Positions 18,210 to 27,666 of a stretch of DNA of 55,334 bases are shown here, piece after piece; within the stretch, counting starts at the first letter, position 1, and each line of letters starts with the position of its first letter. Below the pieces are notes generated by a model. That model had not been told where the DNA came from. It was given only the letters and a program-made list of their open reading frames with translations, and did not search any database. Position numbers and translations under genes: made by a program. This DNA is from a virus (taxonomy: Duplodnaviria > Heunggongvirae > Uroviricota > Caudoviricetes), in IMG/VR virus record IMGVR_UViG_2737471838_000004, positions 1-55,334 of that record; one strand, 5' to 3'.

Positions 18210-18679
18210 GATTGTTTCGTCCAGTACCCAAGTTTTATCGTGTTCCAGATTTCATTGAAATTGTCTGGTTCCTCGAACGCCTTGCGCAAAAATTCCGGTT
18301 CAGCGTTAGGATCCCAGTAATAACCTTTCCCAGTACCTCCGCCGAACTCAACTACCTGTTTCGGGCCGAAATCAGAAAGGTTGTTGGTTTTACCAAAATG
18401 CTCGCGAGGCTGCCCCATTAATGTCCCCGGCATGTCATGCACCCATTCAGCATAGCGGGCGGTATATCCAACCCTTAGGCAAAGGCCGTTGCCGTTTTTC
18501 TCGACAGTCTGGTACATGCTGTTAATCAAAAAACCCGTATCAACTGGCGTCATTCCAGATGCAAGGCCGGACGCAACGTTTCCAACAATCCACAGCACTT
18601 CATAAGTCTTTTTGTCTGCTATATTCCTGATTTCTTCCGTCATTTTCATACGGACGCGTCTGACGCCTTTCAGTGGCAT
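18206..18679 (-). CDS. HK97 gp10-like tail component
   Basis: 157 aa; overlapping start/stop with neighbours; composition typical of HK97 gp10 family. Confidence 0.55.
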   Translation of the reverse strand: MPLKGVRRVRMKMTEEIRNIADKKTYEVLWIVGNVASGLASGMTPVDTGFLINSMYQTVEKNGNGLCLRVGYTARYAEWVHDMPGTLMGQPREHFGKTNNLSDFGPKQVVEFGGGTGKGYYWDPNAEPEFLRKAFEEPDNFNEIWNTIKLGYWTKQS

Positions 18680-18681
18680 AA

Positions 18682-19071
18682 TTAACCTCCTGTGACGATC
18701 TTATAATCCGGCGTGTCGTTAAACATACTCATGTCCCATTCAACGATCCCGGTTATAAAATTGGCCCCAGCCGCCAGCGGGTCAGCAATAGCAGTGGTGT
18801 CGCCAGTAGCAATCATCCAACCCTTTTCCGGGCGCTGCACTGGCTGCATCTTGTGAAGCAGTTCGGTATATACGGTTATTGTGTTGCTAACCTCATTCCC
18901 GTTTGCGTCTGTTGCGGTTCCGTCAGTGCGTTCCCATGCACAATCAATAAGATATGGCGTTCCGTATACATCGGAGTTTGTCCAGTCGTCACGCGTCACG
19001 GGGTAAATGGTGGCCAACGCTTTGTAGCTGAATCTCGCGATCTTACTCATAGCCATAGCTCCATTTAACAA
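18682..19071 (-). CDS. head-tail adaptor / head closure protein
   Basis: 129 aa; conserved position. Confidence 0.5.
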   Translation of the reverse strand: MLNGAMAMSKIARFSYKALATIYPVTRDDWTNSDVYGTPYLIDCAWERTDGTATDANGNEVSNTITVYTELLHKMQPVQRPEKGWMIATGDTTAIADPLAAGANFITGIVEWDMSMFNDTPDYKIVTGG

Positions 19072-19258
19072 TTTTCGGATGGGTTTTCGCCACGCGCGGG
19101 CAGAGAATTACCCATTCGCCAGCGTCATTGAGATATGCCGCCACCTGCCGCCCGGTATCAGTCTGCACCCACACGCGGGTGAACAGCTTCGGTAATAGCG
19201 GCTTCGGTAATGTAAGGTCATTCCACATTGCTACATCCTCCCGCTCTTGCCTATCCAC
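19043..19258 (-). CDS. hypothetical small protein
   Basis: 71-aa ORF overlapping neighbours in head-tail block. Confidence 0.3.
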   Translation of the reverse strand: MDRQEREDVAMWNDLTLPKPLLPKLFTRVWVQTDTGRQVAAYLNDAGEWVILCPRVAKTHPKIVKWSYGYE

Positions 19259-19617
19259 AGCCCAGCGTGCGCGGTATTCTGTGGATCTGCCGGAACCAAT
19301 TCAGCGGTGCAGTGATGTTTATCGAGGGAGTAAAGCAACGAATAGGCTGCTTTCCATTTTTGGTTGAAATCGACATATCGGTATGACTGGCTTGCGCCGT
19401 TCGTACCAGTATGCGAGGAAACGTATTTGTTAGCCTGGGTAAGTCCTAACAGGCCAATCAGGTAAAGTTGAATTAATGTTGCAGTGGAGGCCGGATAGTT
19501 GGCATCAAGGCATTCGTTAACGCTGTTTGCCTGCTCCACCAGCAAGGATAAGATAACGTCTGGCAGGTCAATACCCTGGCTTTCAAGATATTCCCGCGCC
19601 TGTTCTGTAGTGACCAT
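19231..19617 (-). CDS. head-tail connector (gp6-like) protein
   Basis: ORF 19231..19632 trimmed to MVTTEQAREY with GGAGAAG RBS; first gene after the capsid terminator. Confidence 0.5.
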   Translation of the reverse strand: MVTTEQAREYLESQGIDLPDVILSLLVEQANSVNECLDANYPASTATLIQLYLIGLLGLTQANKYVSSHTGTNGASQSYRYVDFNQKWKAAYSLLYSLDKHHCTAELVPADPQNTAHAGLWIGKSGRM

Positions 19618-19639
19618 TTGTCTTCTCCACATACAAAAA

Positions 19640-19668
19640 AAATCCCCGGCATCGCGCCGGGGAGTTAC
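19640..19668 (-). terminator. rho-independent terminator after major capsid gene
   Basis: CCCCGGC GCGAT GCCGGGG hairpin followed by TTTTTTTT on the minus strand. Confidence 0.55.
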
Positions 19669-19681
19669 AGGAAATTTATAA

Positions 19682-20734
19682 TTAAGATTGTTTGCCGTAA
19701 ACGACTCCGGAACGGCCCAACATGTCGCAGGTGATTTGTAAACCTTCGGCAGACATGATTTTGAAATTGTAGTTATCGGTAGGCATGGTGCGAGGAACAG
19801 GCACTACGCCAGTAGTCATACCGATCAGCGGGGTGATGACATCACGGCGGCGCTGATAAGCAATGATTTCGTTGCCTTTCAGTGCAAAGCTCTGACGAAT
19901 TTCACCAACAGGTGCGAACGGCATAACAGTTTTGAGCACGCTACCAACAACAGCACCGTTAACGATGTGCGGGCGGGCCAGGTTAGCCATAATTTCAGGT
20001 GACACCCACATGACATCATATTTTGCAACGAAGTTATTGCGGGCCAGAACACCGAATTCACCAATGGTGAAGAAGTTGATCAGTGCGTCAAATTGCGCAG
20101 TGGTCAGGTCAGTGGTCAGGGTCAGTTGTTGGGTGTTTTTGTGGTTTTTAATGCCCATTGCTTTATGACCATCAACAACCATTGCGTCATTACCTTCAAG
20201 GTAGAATTTAACGCGGCGTTTGTTGAATTTTTTCAGTTTCAGGCGCTGACTGTCCAGGGCAAGGTCAATGCCCACAGTGTTTAAGCCATGAGCTAAACGC
20301 CAGTTGACACCGTAACCAGCGGTAAACATCGGGATCGGGTCGCCATCGCTGCCGTATTCTGTGTGATCAAAGCCGTGCGGTGCCTGGCCATCCATAGACA
20401 TCACGACCTCATCGCTAATGTCGCCGGATACGCTGTACATTTTCAGCGTTTTACCGATAGGCAGTACGGTTTGAACACCCATCAGGTCGTTGACGATTTC
20501 GATGCCGATTTCTTCGGTGTTCAGTTCGATGATCTGGTTATCAATTTCTTTCCAGAACTCTTGAGCGAAGCCACCAACAGCGTTGCAGGCCAACATTTCA
20601 GCGGTCATGTTTGCCTTATTTGCAGTAATCATGGCGTCATGTTGAGCGTTAAAGATATTACGTTGCGCCCACAGTTCATTCCAATGGCCCTGCATACGGG
20701 CGTTGGTAGCGAGGTTTTCTTTAGTAAAGTACAT
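19682..20734 (-). CDS. major capsid protein
   Basis: 350 aa; position after decoration/scaffold genes and followed by a strong terminator. Confidence 0.8.
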   Translation of the reverse strand: MYFTKENLATNARMQGHWNELWAQRNIFNAQHDAMITANKANMTAEMLACNAVGGFAQEFWKEIDNQIIELNTEEIGIEIVNDLMGVQTVLPIGKTLKMYSVSGDISDEVVMSMDGQAPHGFDHTEYGSDGDPIPMFTAGYGVNWRLAHGLNTVGIDLALDSQRLKLKKFNKRRVKFYLEGNDAMVVDGHKAMGIKNHKNTQQLTLTTDLTTAQFDALINFFTIGEFGVLARNNFVAKYDVMWVSPEIMANLARPHIVNGAVVGSVLKTVMPFAPVGEIRQSFALKGNEIIAYQRRRDVITPLIGMTTGVVPVPRTMPTDNYNFKIMSAEGLQITCDMLGRSGVVYGKQS

Positions 20735-20751
20735 GTTTTTCCCCTTTTAAA

Positions 20752-21123
20752 TTAAGCTACGCGAACGCGGATGAAGTCTTCAGCTTCCAGTTTCACGTCT
20801 TCCTGGCAGTACGCGACAGTAACTTCGTTTACCTGGATGGCCTGATCTTTGGTGTAAGTACCAAGTGCAACGCGCATTGCGAATTCGCGGCCTGTTTCAA
20901 AGTAGTCAGCAACAACGGTTTCATTCGTTGCGATGGCATCGGCGATGGTTTTGCCTTCATGGAAAGCAGGGTTAACGATATACAAGCGGCCTTCTGCTGT
21001 GGTCGCTTTAACAAATTTACCGCCTTCCAGTTTAACCAGTTCACCAGGTTTTAATTCAGCACCAGCGAGGCGGGTTTCAGTGATGGATTTACCATCAATA
21101 TTTACACGACGAAAACGAAACAT
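20752..21123 (-). CDS. head decoration protein
   Basis: 123 aa; gpD-like size and position directly upstream of capsid gene. Confidence 0.5.
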   Translation of the reverse strand: MFRFRRVNIDGKSITETRLAGAELKPGELVKLEGGKFVKATTAEGRLYIVNPAFHEGKTIADAIATNETVVADYFETGREFAMRVALGTYTKDQAIQVNEVTVAYCQEDVKLEAEDFIRVRVA

Positions 21124-21139
21124 TGTGATCCCCTTTTAA

Positions 21140-22474
21140 TTAGAAATAGGTGTTAAAGTCTGGTACTTCGCCTTTTTTACCTTCGCTTGCTGCGTTGGTA
21201 GCCATCGGCGCGGCTTTGCCCAGGGATTTAAACATTGCATCGAGCGCATCGCCGCTTAATGCGTTAGCAACAATTTCGCCGTGAACTTTTGCTACTGCGG
21301 CGCGTTTTTCTTCGACTTCTTTATCTGCTTTGGCGGCAATTTCTTTTTTAATTGCTTTCTGGTTGGTCTGCAATTCTTCTACGCTTGCCTGTACTGGTTT
21401 TAATGCCTCTGCTACTGCATTAGCGATATTGGCTGCTAAGCCTTCGTTAATTTCTTTTACCAGTTCGGCGCGTTCTTCAGGTGTTAAAGGCATGTCGGTT
21501 TCCTCTTTCTTATTGGCCTGGATTTTTTCTTTCAGGATGAATAAATCGGATAGGTGTTCAGCGAATTGAGTAAACCAGGATTTCGATTCCTCGTTAGTTT
21601 GCAGTTCGCCATCATTGAGAATTATTTTACCAGCCTGTTTTTTGTATGTGCAAACTTGAGCAATTTCACGTTGTTGTGCTTCATGATATACACCATCGAC
21701 CAGGATGCCACCATCATAAGCACAATAAACGTAGCTTACTTGTTCGTCATTGAAGTCATGAATATAAACGTAGTCGGCGTCTTTATGTTTTTCTTGGAGC
21801 GCTGCGTAAAGCATTTTCTCTGTGGCACGATAGCTACCCTCCATCATCGCTTTTTGTGTCAGTGGTCTGGCGGTTGCGGTATTAACCATCAGGCCAACCC
21901 CCTGTTCCGGTGATGCGGCGGGCGGCTCATGCAGTAAAATAGCGTCATGGTCGATCGACATAATTTTAACAACGCTGTCAGCACCCTGGGCTTTCATCTC
22001 TTCCGTAGCTGGCATACGTTGACGATATACGGCGACGGATGACCAGATCGGATCTTTGCTTTCGCCTTTTTCCAGTGCTTCAAGTCGGCTCAATAACTCG
22101 CGGCCCTGTTCTGAATGGCTGGCGGTTTCAACATCAACCCATTTTTCCACATAAACACGATTGCCGCGTAATTCAACATTTCTGTTCCATGCGCCGCAAA
22201 AACCAATATTCAGTCCTTCCGGGCTAAATGCGGAAACGAATTCACCGTTAACCGTAGGATGGCCCAGCGGTGCGAGCGTACCTTCCAGAGATTGATAATT
22301 AGCAATGATTTCAGCTTCCGGGTAATATTCCCGATTCATAACGATATTAAAGGGCAACGTATAAGACGGGACTACAATGTGTTCGCGCCCGTTATATGTT
22401 TCCCGGCGGATGGTATTAGCGGTTAATTTGGTATTAACCTGAATCAGTTCTTTATTCACGGTTTTTACTCCCAA
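21140..22474 (-). CDS. putative scaffolding / prohead maturation protein
   Basis: 444 aa; Ala/Lys/Glu-rich helical C-terminus; located between MuF-like and decoration genes. Confidence 0.45.
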   Translation of the reverse strand: MGVKTVNKELIQVNTKLTANTIRRETYNGREHIVVPSYTLPFNIVMNREYYPEAEIIANYQSLEGTLAPLGHPTVNGEFVSAFSPEGLNIGFCGAWNRNVELRGNRVYVEKWVDVETASHSEQGRELLSRLEALEKGESKDPIWSSVAVYRQRMPATEEMKAQGADSVVKIMSIDHDAILLHEPPAASPEQGVGLMVNTATARPLTQKAMMEGSYRATEKMLYAALQEKHKDADYVYIHDFNDEQVSYVYCAYDGGILVDGVYHEAQQREIAQVCTYKKQAGKIILNDGELQTNEESKSWFTQFAEHLSDLFILKEKIQANKKEETDMPLTPEERAELVKEINEGLAANIANAVAEALKPVQASVEELQTNQKAIKKEIAAKADKEVEEKRAAVAKVHGEIVANALSGDALDAMFKSLGKAAPMATNAASEGKKGEVPDFNTYF

Positions 22475-23361
22475 TCTTCGCCATATTTAGCGTGCGCAAC
22501 CTTATAGTTTTCTTGCGCCCGATCTAATATTCGTTTGTTTAATATATTACCGTATTCGTCAACTAATACGGTAATCGTGCTACATTTGCAGTTAATTGAA
22601 TTAGGGGATTTGCTCCACCATTCGCGCTGCTCTTCTATGGTGTATGTTTTCCCGTGCCGCTGTGCGTGTGACAGCCTGGTAGTCGGTGACAATGCCGAAA
22701 TGTGCATCTGCATAGTGCGCAAGTTAAGCTCTTCAGTAGCCGCTTCTGCCTCATCCATACGCGCTGTGCGCAACGCTGTGCATATTTCAGTACGGGCAAT
22801 ACGTTTGCACCTGTATAGCGGTAATTGCGTTTCCTGCTGCAATGTGCGCGCTATTTCGAGTGGGTTTAAGCCACGGGCCATGCCTTCGGTTAATCGGCGG
22901 GCCATATCCTTCTTGATCTGTGCCGTCAGCCCGCGCATCTCTTCAAATACACGGGTACGGACCAGGGCAAGGCGCGTGCGATAGGTCTGGCTGGTTAATA
23001 CCGCCGACACTTCAGGGTAAGCCCTGGAATATGTGACTGACTGGTTAGCAAGGTTGGCATATTCCTGTGAAGTGCCGCGCTGATATGCCACTTTCACGTA
23101 TTCCTGCCAGAACCAGAAGTTCTCCGGGTCTGTTAACTCGAATATTTCATCAATCATGTCGCTGGCGTCTTCCAGCAAGTCATGTAATTCGTCAATGTAG
23201 ATCTGAAAGGTGTATTTCTTATTAACAGCCAGGCTGTATTGCATTCTGTCCAGTATGGCAATATACGGATCCGCAACTTTCTTCAGGCAGGCTTTAAAAC
23301 GCTTGATAGCGCCCGAACGTAACTTCCCTGTCATGGTCGGGTCTTCGGTGTTAGATGGCAT
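22465..23361 (-). CDS. phage head morphogenesis protein (Mu F / SPP1 gp7-like)
   Basis: ORF 22465..23409; C-terminal region typical of MuF-like minor head proteins; directly downstream of portal. Confidence 0.65.
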   Translation of the reverse strand: MPSNTEDPTMTGKLRSGAIKRFKACLKKVADPYIAILDRMQYSLAVNKKYTFQIYIDELHDLLEDASDMIDEIFELTDPENFWFWQEYVKVAYQRGTSQEYANLANQSVTYSRAYPEVSAVLTSQTYRTRLALVRTRVFEEMRGLTAQIKKDMARRLTEGMARGLNPLEIARTLQQETQLPLYRCKRIARTEICTALRTARMDEAEAATEELNLRTMQMHISALSPTTRLSHAQRHGKTYTIEEQREWWSKSPNSINCKCSTITVLVDEYGNILNKRILDRAQENYKVAHAKYGEDWE

Positions 23362-24742
23362 TATCGCGGCTGGAGGTATTCGCCTGATTATCTTCTTCAC
23401 CTTCATCATCGTTTTCCTCTTCCGTTTCCACTACACTGGCAGGGCCATCGTATCCGGCAGCCTCGCGGATCTCGTCACCGCTAAATATTTCTTCACCAGT
23501 AGCCAAACAAGCCTGATTGATTTGTGCCATTTTGTGTGCCGCTTCCAGTAGTTCGGCTTTGGTCATGGCGTTCAGGTCGTCCCATATCACTGATACGTCA
23601 ATTGGCATACTGATAAGGCGGAGATCTGCCATCTTGCTGAATAGATCCTCAAGTTCACCGCCGATTTCCTCCCTGCGGGTCATACAGCGGCTGTTGAAGT
23701 AGCGGAGGTCTTCGGTTGATGCGCGTTCGCCCTGCTGGTTCCCAACCAGGATGCGAGTCGGAATATCAATACCAGCGGCGGCGGTTTGCAGGTTGACATC
23801 ATAGGTTGCTGACGGGTCAGATACGGCAGTCACCAGCGGGCTAACTGTGGCCCCTTGTAATGCCATCATCACGTCGTTACCCTTATTCATTTCATCCGCT
23901 GCCTCGTTGAATTTTTCTCGAAGCTCTGTGACGTCGCATCCGTATGTGGCTGCCAGTGACCGGAAGTCAATATCCTTGTCGAACGAGATAGCTAACTGGC
24001 GGGCAGCGTTTTTCAGGAATGATTCACCGCTACCCCCTTCCACTTTCTCAAGCGACACAAAGGCGTTATATGACGGCTCAAGGAAGGCTATTGCATCATC
24101 AGAATAGTCACCGAAGATGAATATGCGGTCAGGGTGGATCCTTCTTGCTATGGTCTTACTGTTAATGCGTTCCTTGTACTCCCACCACGTCGGCAGGCCA
24201 TAGTTTTCATTATCCGGGTTTTCTTCGAAGTCCTTCGGCGTCAGAGCACCAGCCCATGCCGGGGTAAATTTGGCAATGCCTACGCCTTTTGTCACAGGCT
24301 GGTCCCACGCCTTACCATCTCTGACATGAATCAACAGGCCAGCATAACGACCGATGAGGCGGCGGCGGTCACATTCGGCAATGACGCGCCAAAATCTGTT
24401 GTCGAACTGTTTCTTGATTTCTCTTTCCCAGGGTGTTTCCTTTTCGGCCTTCTCGTCTTCGGTTCCCTCGATTAGCGTTGGCATGGTTCTCCAGCAGGTA
24501 GTGACAATCTTTTCTACAGCACCATGAGCGATACCACCGCGACGATACAGCTTGTATAGATCGTCATAGGTTATTTCTTCTTTGAATCCGTATTCACTCC
24601 ACGCAGCATCACGTTTGGCATCTATCCCCATAGTGAATGGGTGTGCTGCGGCATAGCGGGCGTAGGCCGCCTGGCGTTGAGACAAGGCAGCATTAACCGC
24701 CAATTCTAAATTGGATGGCATAATGTTTACTCCTGAATACAT
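23351..24742 (-). CDS. portal protein
   Basis: 463 aa; acidic C-terminus, position after TerL; start may be ATG at 24721 (AGGAG RBS) rather than 24742. Confidence 0.75.
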   Translation of the reverse strand: MYSGVNIMPSNLELAVNAALSQRQAAYARYAAAHPFTMGIDAKRDAAWSEYGFKEEITYDDLYKLYRRGGIAHGAVEKIVTTCWRTMPTLIEGTEDEKAEKETPWEREIKKQFDNRFWRVIAECDRRRLIGRYAGLLIHVRDGKAWDQPVTKGVGIAKFTPAWAGALTPKDFEENPDNENYGLPTWWEYKERINSKTIARRIHPDRIFIFGDYSDDAIAFLEPSYNAFVSLEKVEGGSGESFLKNAARQLAISFDKDIDFRSLAATYGCDVTELREKFNEAADEMNKGNDVMMALQGATVSPLVTAVSDPSATYDVNLQTAAAGIDIPTRILVGNQQGERASTEDLRYFNSRCMTRREEIGGELEDLFSKMADLRLISMPIDVSVIWDDLNAMTKAELLEAAHKMAQINQACLATGEEIFSGDEIREAAGYDGPASVVETEEENDDEGEEDNQANTSSRDNAI

Positions 24743-24799
24743 GTTTACGCGTTGCTACGCGAAAAATAGAAAAACTTGTTGGTAGTTGTGAGGCAGATT

Positions 24800-26284
24800 T
24801 TAAAATCCGCGCAGGCGCTTCGGTAACATGAGGCCCATCGCCTGTGGCTGGCTCAGTTCGGTAATGCCCCATACCATTGCGTCCATACGGTCAGGGGATT
24901 TTTTGGCGGTAGCTGGCACGTATTCCATCATTTGATTTTCCAGCGTGTACAGTTCACCAGTGTGGGCCACCCTTCCTTGTGCATACAGTGCAGATATTGG
25001 TTCGGCGCGGGCGAATTTACCCTTGCTTGCGTGTACCTTAACAATGCGGCCTTTGAATCCTGCATTGCGTAGCGTGGCCTCTGCCATTTCACCGCCCTGG
25101 TTGGTTTCGATAACCATCGCGTCAGCCTCATGAATGTCGTATGCGCTCATTGCTGCTTGCGCCCAGGCATTAGGGGACATGCGGCCTGAGTAGTCACCAT
25201 CAACAGAATACTGAGCATTTTTACCGCCACCGTAAGCGGAACATGCAACGATCCCCGTTTCGTCCGATTCTTCCGATGATGTTGTAGCCGGGTCGATAGC
25301 TATTACCGTGCGGATCTTGTCCTGCGTTATCTGCATCCGGTGCGCTGCGGTTATCATGGCTTCAGTCCACAATGCACCCTCTTCGTCGAATTTACGCGGG
25401 CGCTGCATGTACTGGGCCTCAAATGACCGCCTGTGTGCTTTCAGTCCAGCTTCATGATCGTCATTATGTTTCCTGGGCCACAGCCAGCCATCAGGCAGGT
25501 TGTGAGCAATAGGGATGGCGAACTCGTTTTCAGGGTACAAATCCCAATAGTCAACGCTGTTGTCGATCTTCACTGGCAGGTTCAGGTGATACCACTTTTC
25601 CCCGCTCCCACCGCGTAACAGGTAGCCGGACAAATCATCGTAATGGATGCGCTGCATAATGACGATAACAGGCGTCGTTTGCACTGCCAGACGTGACGCA
25701 AGCGTGTCGTTATAGTTGGTGTTTACCTGCTTTCTCACTACGTCAGAATAAGCGTCAGCAGGTTTCAATGGGTCGTCGATGATTAACGCGCCGTTAAATC
25801 CTGGTTCCATATACCCGGCACGGAACCCAGTTACCTGGCCAAGCGATGAGGTCGCGTACACGCCGCCACCGTATTCTGTCCACCACATAGATTTACTGTT
25901 GGCATCATTGCGGATCTTCATGGGCCACATTGCCTGATATTCAGGCGTGCAGATCATGTTTCTTACAGTCGAGGAATTTAGTAATGCCAGGTTGTTGGAA
26001 TAGGAAACGTGAAGGAATCGTGTGCGGGGATTTATTGCGAGGGACCGCGCCATCATGTTGATAGTTGCGATCATGGTTTTGCCGTACCCTGGAGGGATGT
26101 TAATGATGAGTCGGGTTATCTCACCATTGACAACGCGTTGCAGTGCGTCGCGGATAGCTAAATGATGGCCTGAGATTAACATCTTCGTTCCGTTCGCTTG
26201 CTTGTAAAAGTAGCGATTGAAAAACAGGCCATCGTTTTCACATTTGGACTGAATTACTCGTTCTCTGATTGTCAGCATAATCAC
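24800..26284 (-). CDS. terminase large subunit
   Basis: 494 aa; Walker A-like PPGYGKT, ATPase and nuclease regions typical of TerL. Confidence 0.9.
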   Translation of the reverse strand: MIMLTIRERVIQSKCENDGLFFNRYFYKQANGTKMLISGHHLAIRDALQRVVNGEITRLIINIPPGYGKTMIATINMMARSLAINPRTRFLHVSYSNNLALLNSSTVRNMICTPEYQAMWPMKIRNDANSKSMWWTEYGGGVYATSSLGQVTGFRAGYMEPGFNGALIIDDPLKPADAYSDVVRKQVNTNYNDTLASRLAVQTTPVIVIMQRIHYDDLSGYLLRGGSGEKWYHLNLPVKIDNSVDYWDLYPENEFAIPIAHNLPDGWLWPRKHNDDHEAGLKAHRRSFEAQYMQRPRKFDEEGALWTEAMITAAHRMQITQDKIRTVIAIDPATTSSEESDETGIVACSAYGGGKNAQYSVDGDYSGRMSPNAWAQAAMSAYDIHEADAMVIETNQGGEMAEATLRNAGFKGRIVKVHASKGKFARAEPISALYAQGRVAHTGELYTLENQMMEYVPATAKKSPDRMDAMVWGITELSQPQAMGLMLPKRLRGF

Positions 26285-26766
26285 ACCTCGTCTTCTACTT
26301 CCTGGACGATGCGGGCGATCTCTTCTTTCGTGACTTCCACCTGGACGGGCGCTTCTTCCTTGTTGCCTACGATCTCCTGTGTGACGCGCTCGCCATACTT
26401 ACGCGGTTGCAGTTTTGCTAATAGCCATTTACGAGTTTCAATCATCAAATGGTGTCTGTTCAGTTCTTCCTTTTTGATGTTCTCTGGCGCGTCAGCAAGG
26501 TCGATGATCTCATCAGCTAACACCTCGAAGCCGATCTCCTTCGCGCGCATATACATGTCCGAAAACTCCGGCACATCTCTGAACCACTTGAGGATTGTTG
26601 AACGTGCAGGCATACCAGGCATCTTCGAAATCTTGTTAATACTTTCGCCGTCCGACACAAGCTCGCAGATCTCCAATGCCTTTTCTTCTGAATAGCCATG
26701 TGGACGGCCCACCTTTTTGGCTGCTGGCTTTTTATCGTCAGCATTTGCCTTTTTAGTGCGGGCCAT
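26281..26766 (-). CDS. terminase small subunit
   Basis: 161 aa; N-terminal basic region plus HTH (ICELVSDGESINKISK), overlaps TerL start. Confidence 0.8.
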   Translation of the reverse strand: MARTKKANADDKKPAAKKVGRPHGYSEEKALEICELVSDGESINKISKMPGMPARSTILKWFRDVPEFSDMYMRAKEIGFEVLADEIIDLADAPENIKKEELNRHHLMIETRKWLLAKLQPRKYGERVTQEIVGNKEEAPVQVEVTKEEIARIVQEVEDEV

Positions 26767-26776
26767 ATTTCACCTC

Positions 26777-26860
26777 TCAATATTTATTGATGATATATAC
26801 GCAAGCAACAAAACTTGCACAGTATGTTAATACTTCCAACCAGTCGAATAGCTCTTTCAT
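26777..26860 (-). CDS. mini-protein, single hydrophobic helix (27 aa, MKELFDWLEVLTYCASFVACVYIINKY)
   Basis: hand-translated; ATGA overlap with preceding mini-gene; directly upstream of terS. Confidence 0.35.
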   Translation of the reverse strand: MKELFDWLEVLTYCASFVACVYIINKY

Positions 26861-27000
26861 TGTTTACCCTTGAATCTCTGTTTTGATTCTCTGTAAATAA
26901 GCCCGGTAATCATTACGATCACGTATACGCATAACATTAACGCGATAATAAGCACGCCAGAGCAAACTAAGAACATTAACAGATCGATAAACTCAAACAT
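26857..27000 (-). CDS. mini-protein, single hydrophobic helix (47 aa, MFEFIDLLMFLVCSGVLIIALMLCVYVIVMITGLIYRESKQRFKGKQ)
   Basis: hand-translated; AAGAGG RBS. Confidence 0.4.
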   Translation of the reverse strand: MFEFIDLLMFLVCSGVLIIALMLCVYVIVMITGLIYRESKQRFKGKQ

Positions 27001-27010
27001 GATTGCCTCT

Positions 27011-27082
27011 TTACATAATCGTAAACGCCCAGGTAATAAGGACGATAGCTAAAACCATGTATATAAAATCTGACTCTCTCAT
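27011..27082 (-). CDS. mini-protein, single hydrophobic helix (23 aa, MRESDFIYMVLAIVLITWAFTIM)
   Basis: hand-translated; AAGGTGG RBS. Confidence 0.35.
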   Translation of the reverse strand: MRESDFIYMVLAIVLITWAFTIM

Positions 27083-27097
27083 ATTGTTCCACCTTGT

Positions 27098-27142
27098 TTA
27101 CGCGAAGAAAACAATAACAACTAACAGCGTGCATATAGCCAT
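27098..27142 (-). CDS. possible micro-ORF (14 aa, MAICTLLVVIVFFA)
   Basis: hand-translated; weak RBS; may be non-coding spacer. Confidence 0.15.
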   Translation of the reverse strand: MAICTLLVVIVFFA

Positions 27143-27158
27143 GATTAAGAAATCACCG

Positions 27159-27233
27159 TCAGACATTTATAATAAACCCCACAATAACAACCGCCGCGAT
27201 ACATACGAATAATACAGCTTCGATAGTTTCCAT
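27159..27233 (-). CDS. mini-protein, single hydrophobic helix (24 aa, METIEAVLFVCIAAVVIVGFIINV)
   Basis: hand-translated; AGGTGA RBS. Confidence 0.35.
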   Translation of the reverse strand: METIEAVLFVCIAAVVIVGFIINV

Positions 27234-27241
27234 ATATTCAC

Positions 27242-27310
27242 CTATTGAGTCAGCGCGGTCATGGTAAGAACAATCGCAACGATCAGGAAAAAGAAATCAA
27301 GCCATTTCAT
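27242..27310 (-). CDS. mini-protein, single hydrophobic helix (22 aa, MKWLDFFFLIVAIVLTMTALTQ)
   Basis: hand-translated; GGGAG RBS; ATGA overlap with upstream mini-gene. Confidence 0.35.
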   Translation of the reverse strand: MKWLDFFFLIVAIVLTMTALTQ

Positions 27311-27387
27311 TTTTTAAACTCCCGGTATACGTCCACGGCAATAACTACAACTACAGCCACCAGCAATAGCATTTCATATGCGTTCAT
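27307..27387 (-). CDS. mini-protein, single hydrophobic helix (26 aa, MNAYEMLLLVAVVVVIAVDVYREFKK)
   Basis: C-terminal part of ORF-track entry 27307..27492; AGGTGA RBS before internal ATG. Confidence 0.4.
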   Translation of the reverse strand: MNAYEMLLLVAVVVVIAVDVYREFKK

Positions 27388-27395
27388 GCTTTCAC

Positions 27396-27470
27396 CTATA
27401 CAACGTTCTTCCACCAGAAATAGATAATGACGGCGACCAACGACCACCAGATGAGATCGTAAATATTCAT
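27396..27470 (-). CDS. mini-protein, single hydrophobic helix (24 aa, MNIYDLIWWSLVAVIIYFWWKNVV)
   Basis: hand-translated; GAAGG RBS. Confidence 0.35.
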   Translation of the reverse strand: MNIYDLIWWSLVAVIIYFWWKNVV

Positions 27471-27481
27471 GGTGAATACCT

Positions 27482-27568
27482 TCAGCTTTCAATGAATATC
27501 ATGATCGCCAGCCATACAGCGACGCAGGCAGAAAGGATAATGAGCGGGTCAATCATATTGTCACCCAT
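27482..27568 (-). CDS. mini-protein, single hydrophobic helix (28 aa, MGDNMIDPLIILSACVAVWLAIMIFIES)
   Basis: hand-translated; abuts previous mini-gene. Confidence 0.35.
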   Translation of the reverse strand: MGDNMIDPLIILSACVAVWLAIMIFIES

Positions 27569-27664
27569 CTAATATTTGCTCTTTACGGTTATCAGCACGG
27601 CAATAACAAAGCCAACCAGAAATACAGATATACCCATCAATCCGGCAATGGTGCTCTCGTCCAT
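27569..27664 (-). CDS. mini-protein, single hydrophobic helix (31 aa, MDESTIAGLMGISVFLVGFVIAVLITVKSKY)
   Basis: hand-translated; GGGGGTGA RBS; start 2 nt after stop of the HExxH gene. Confidence 0.4.
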   Translation of the reverse strand: MDESTIAGLMGISVFLVGFVIAVLITVKSKY

Positions 27665-27666
27665 AA

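Noticed and set aside
27003-27572. Plus-strand ORFs 27003..27212, 27245..27427 and 27378..27572 across the mini-gene region
   Set aside because: Asn/Lys/Ile/Tyr-rich translations of the AT-rich antisense strand, TTG starts, no RBS; the minus-strand mini-genes each have an RBS and coupled stops and starts.
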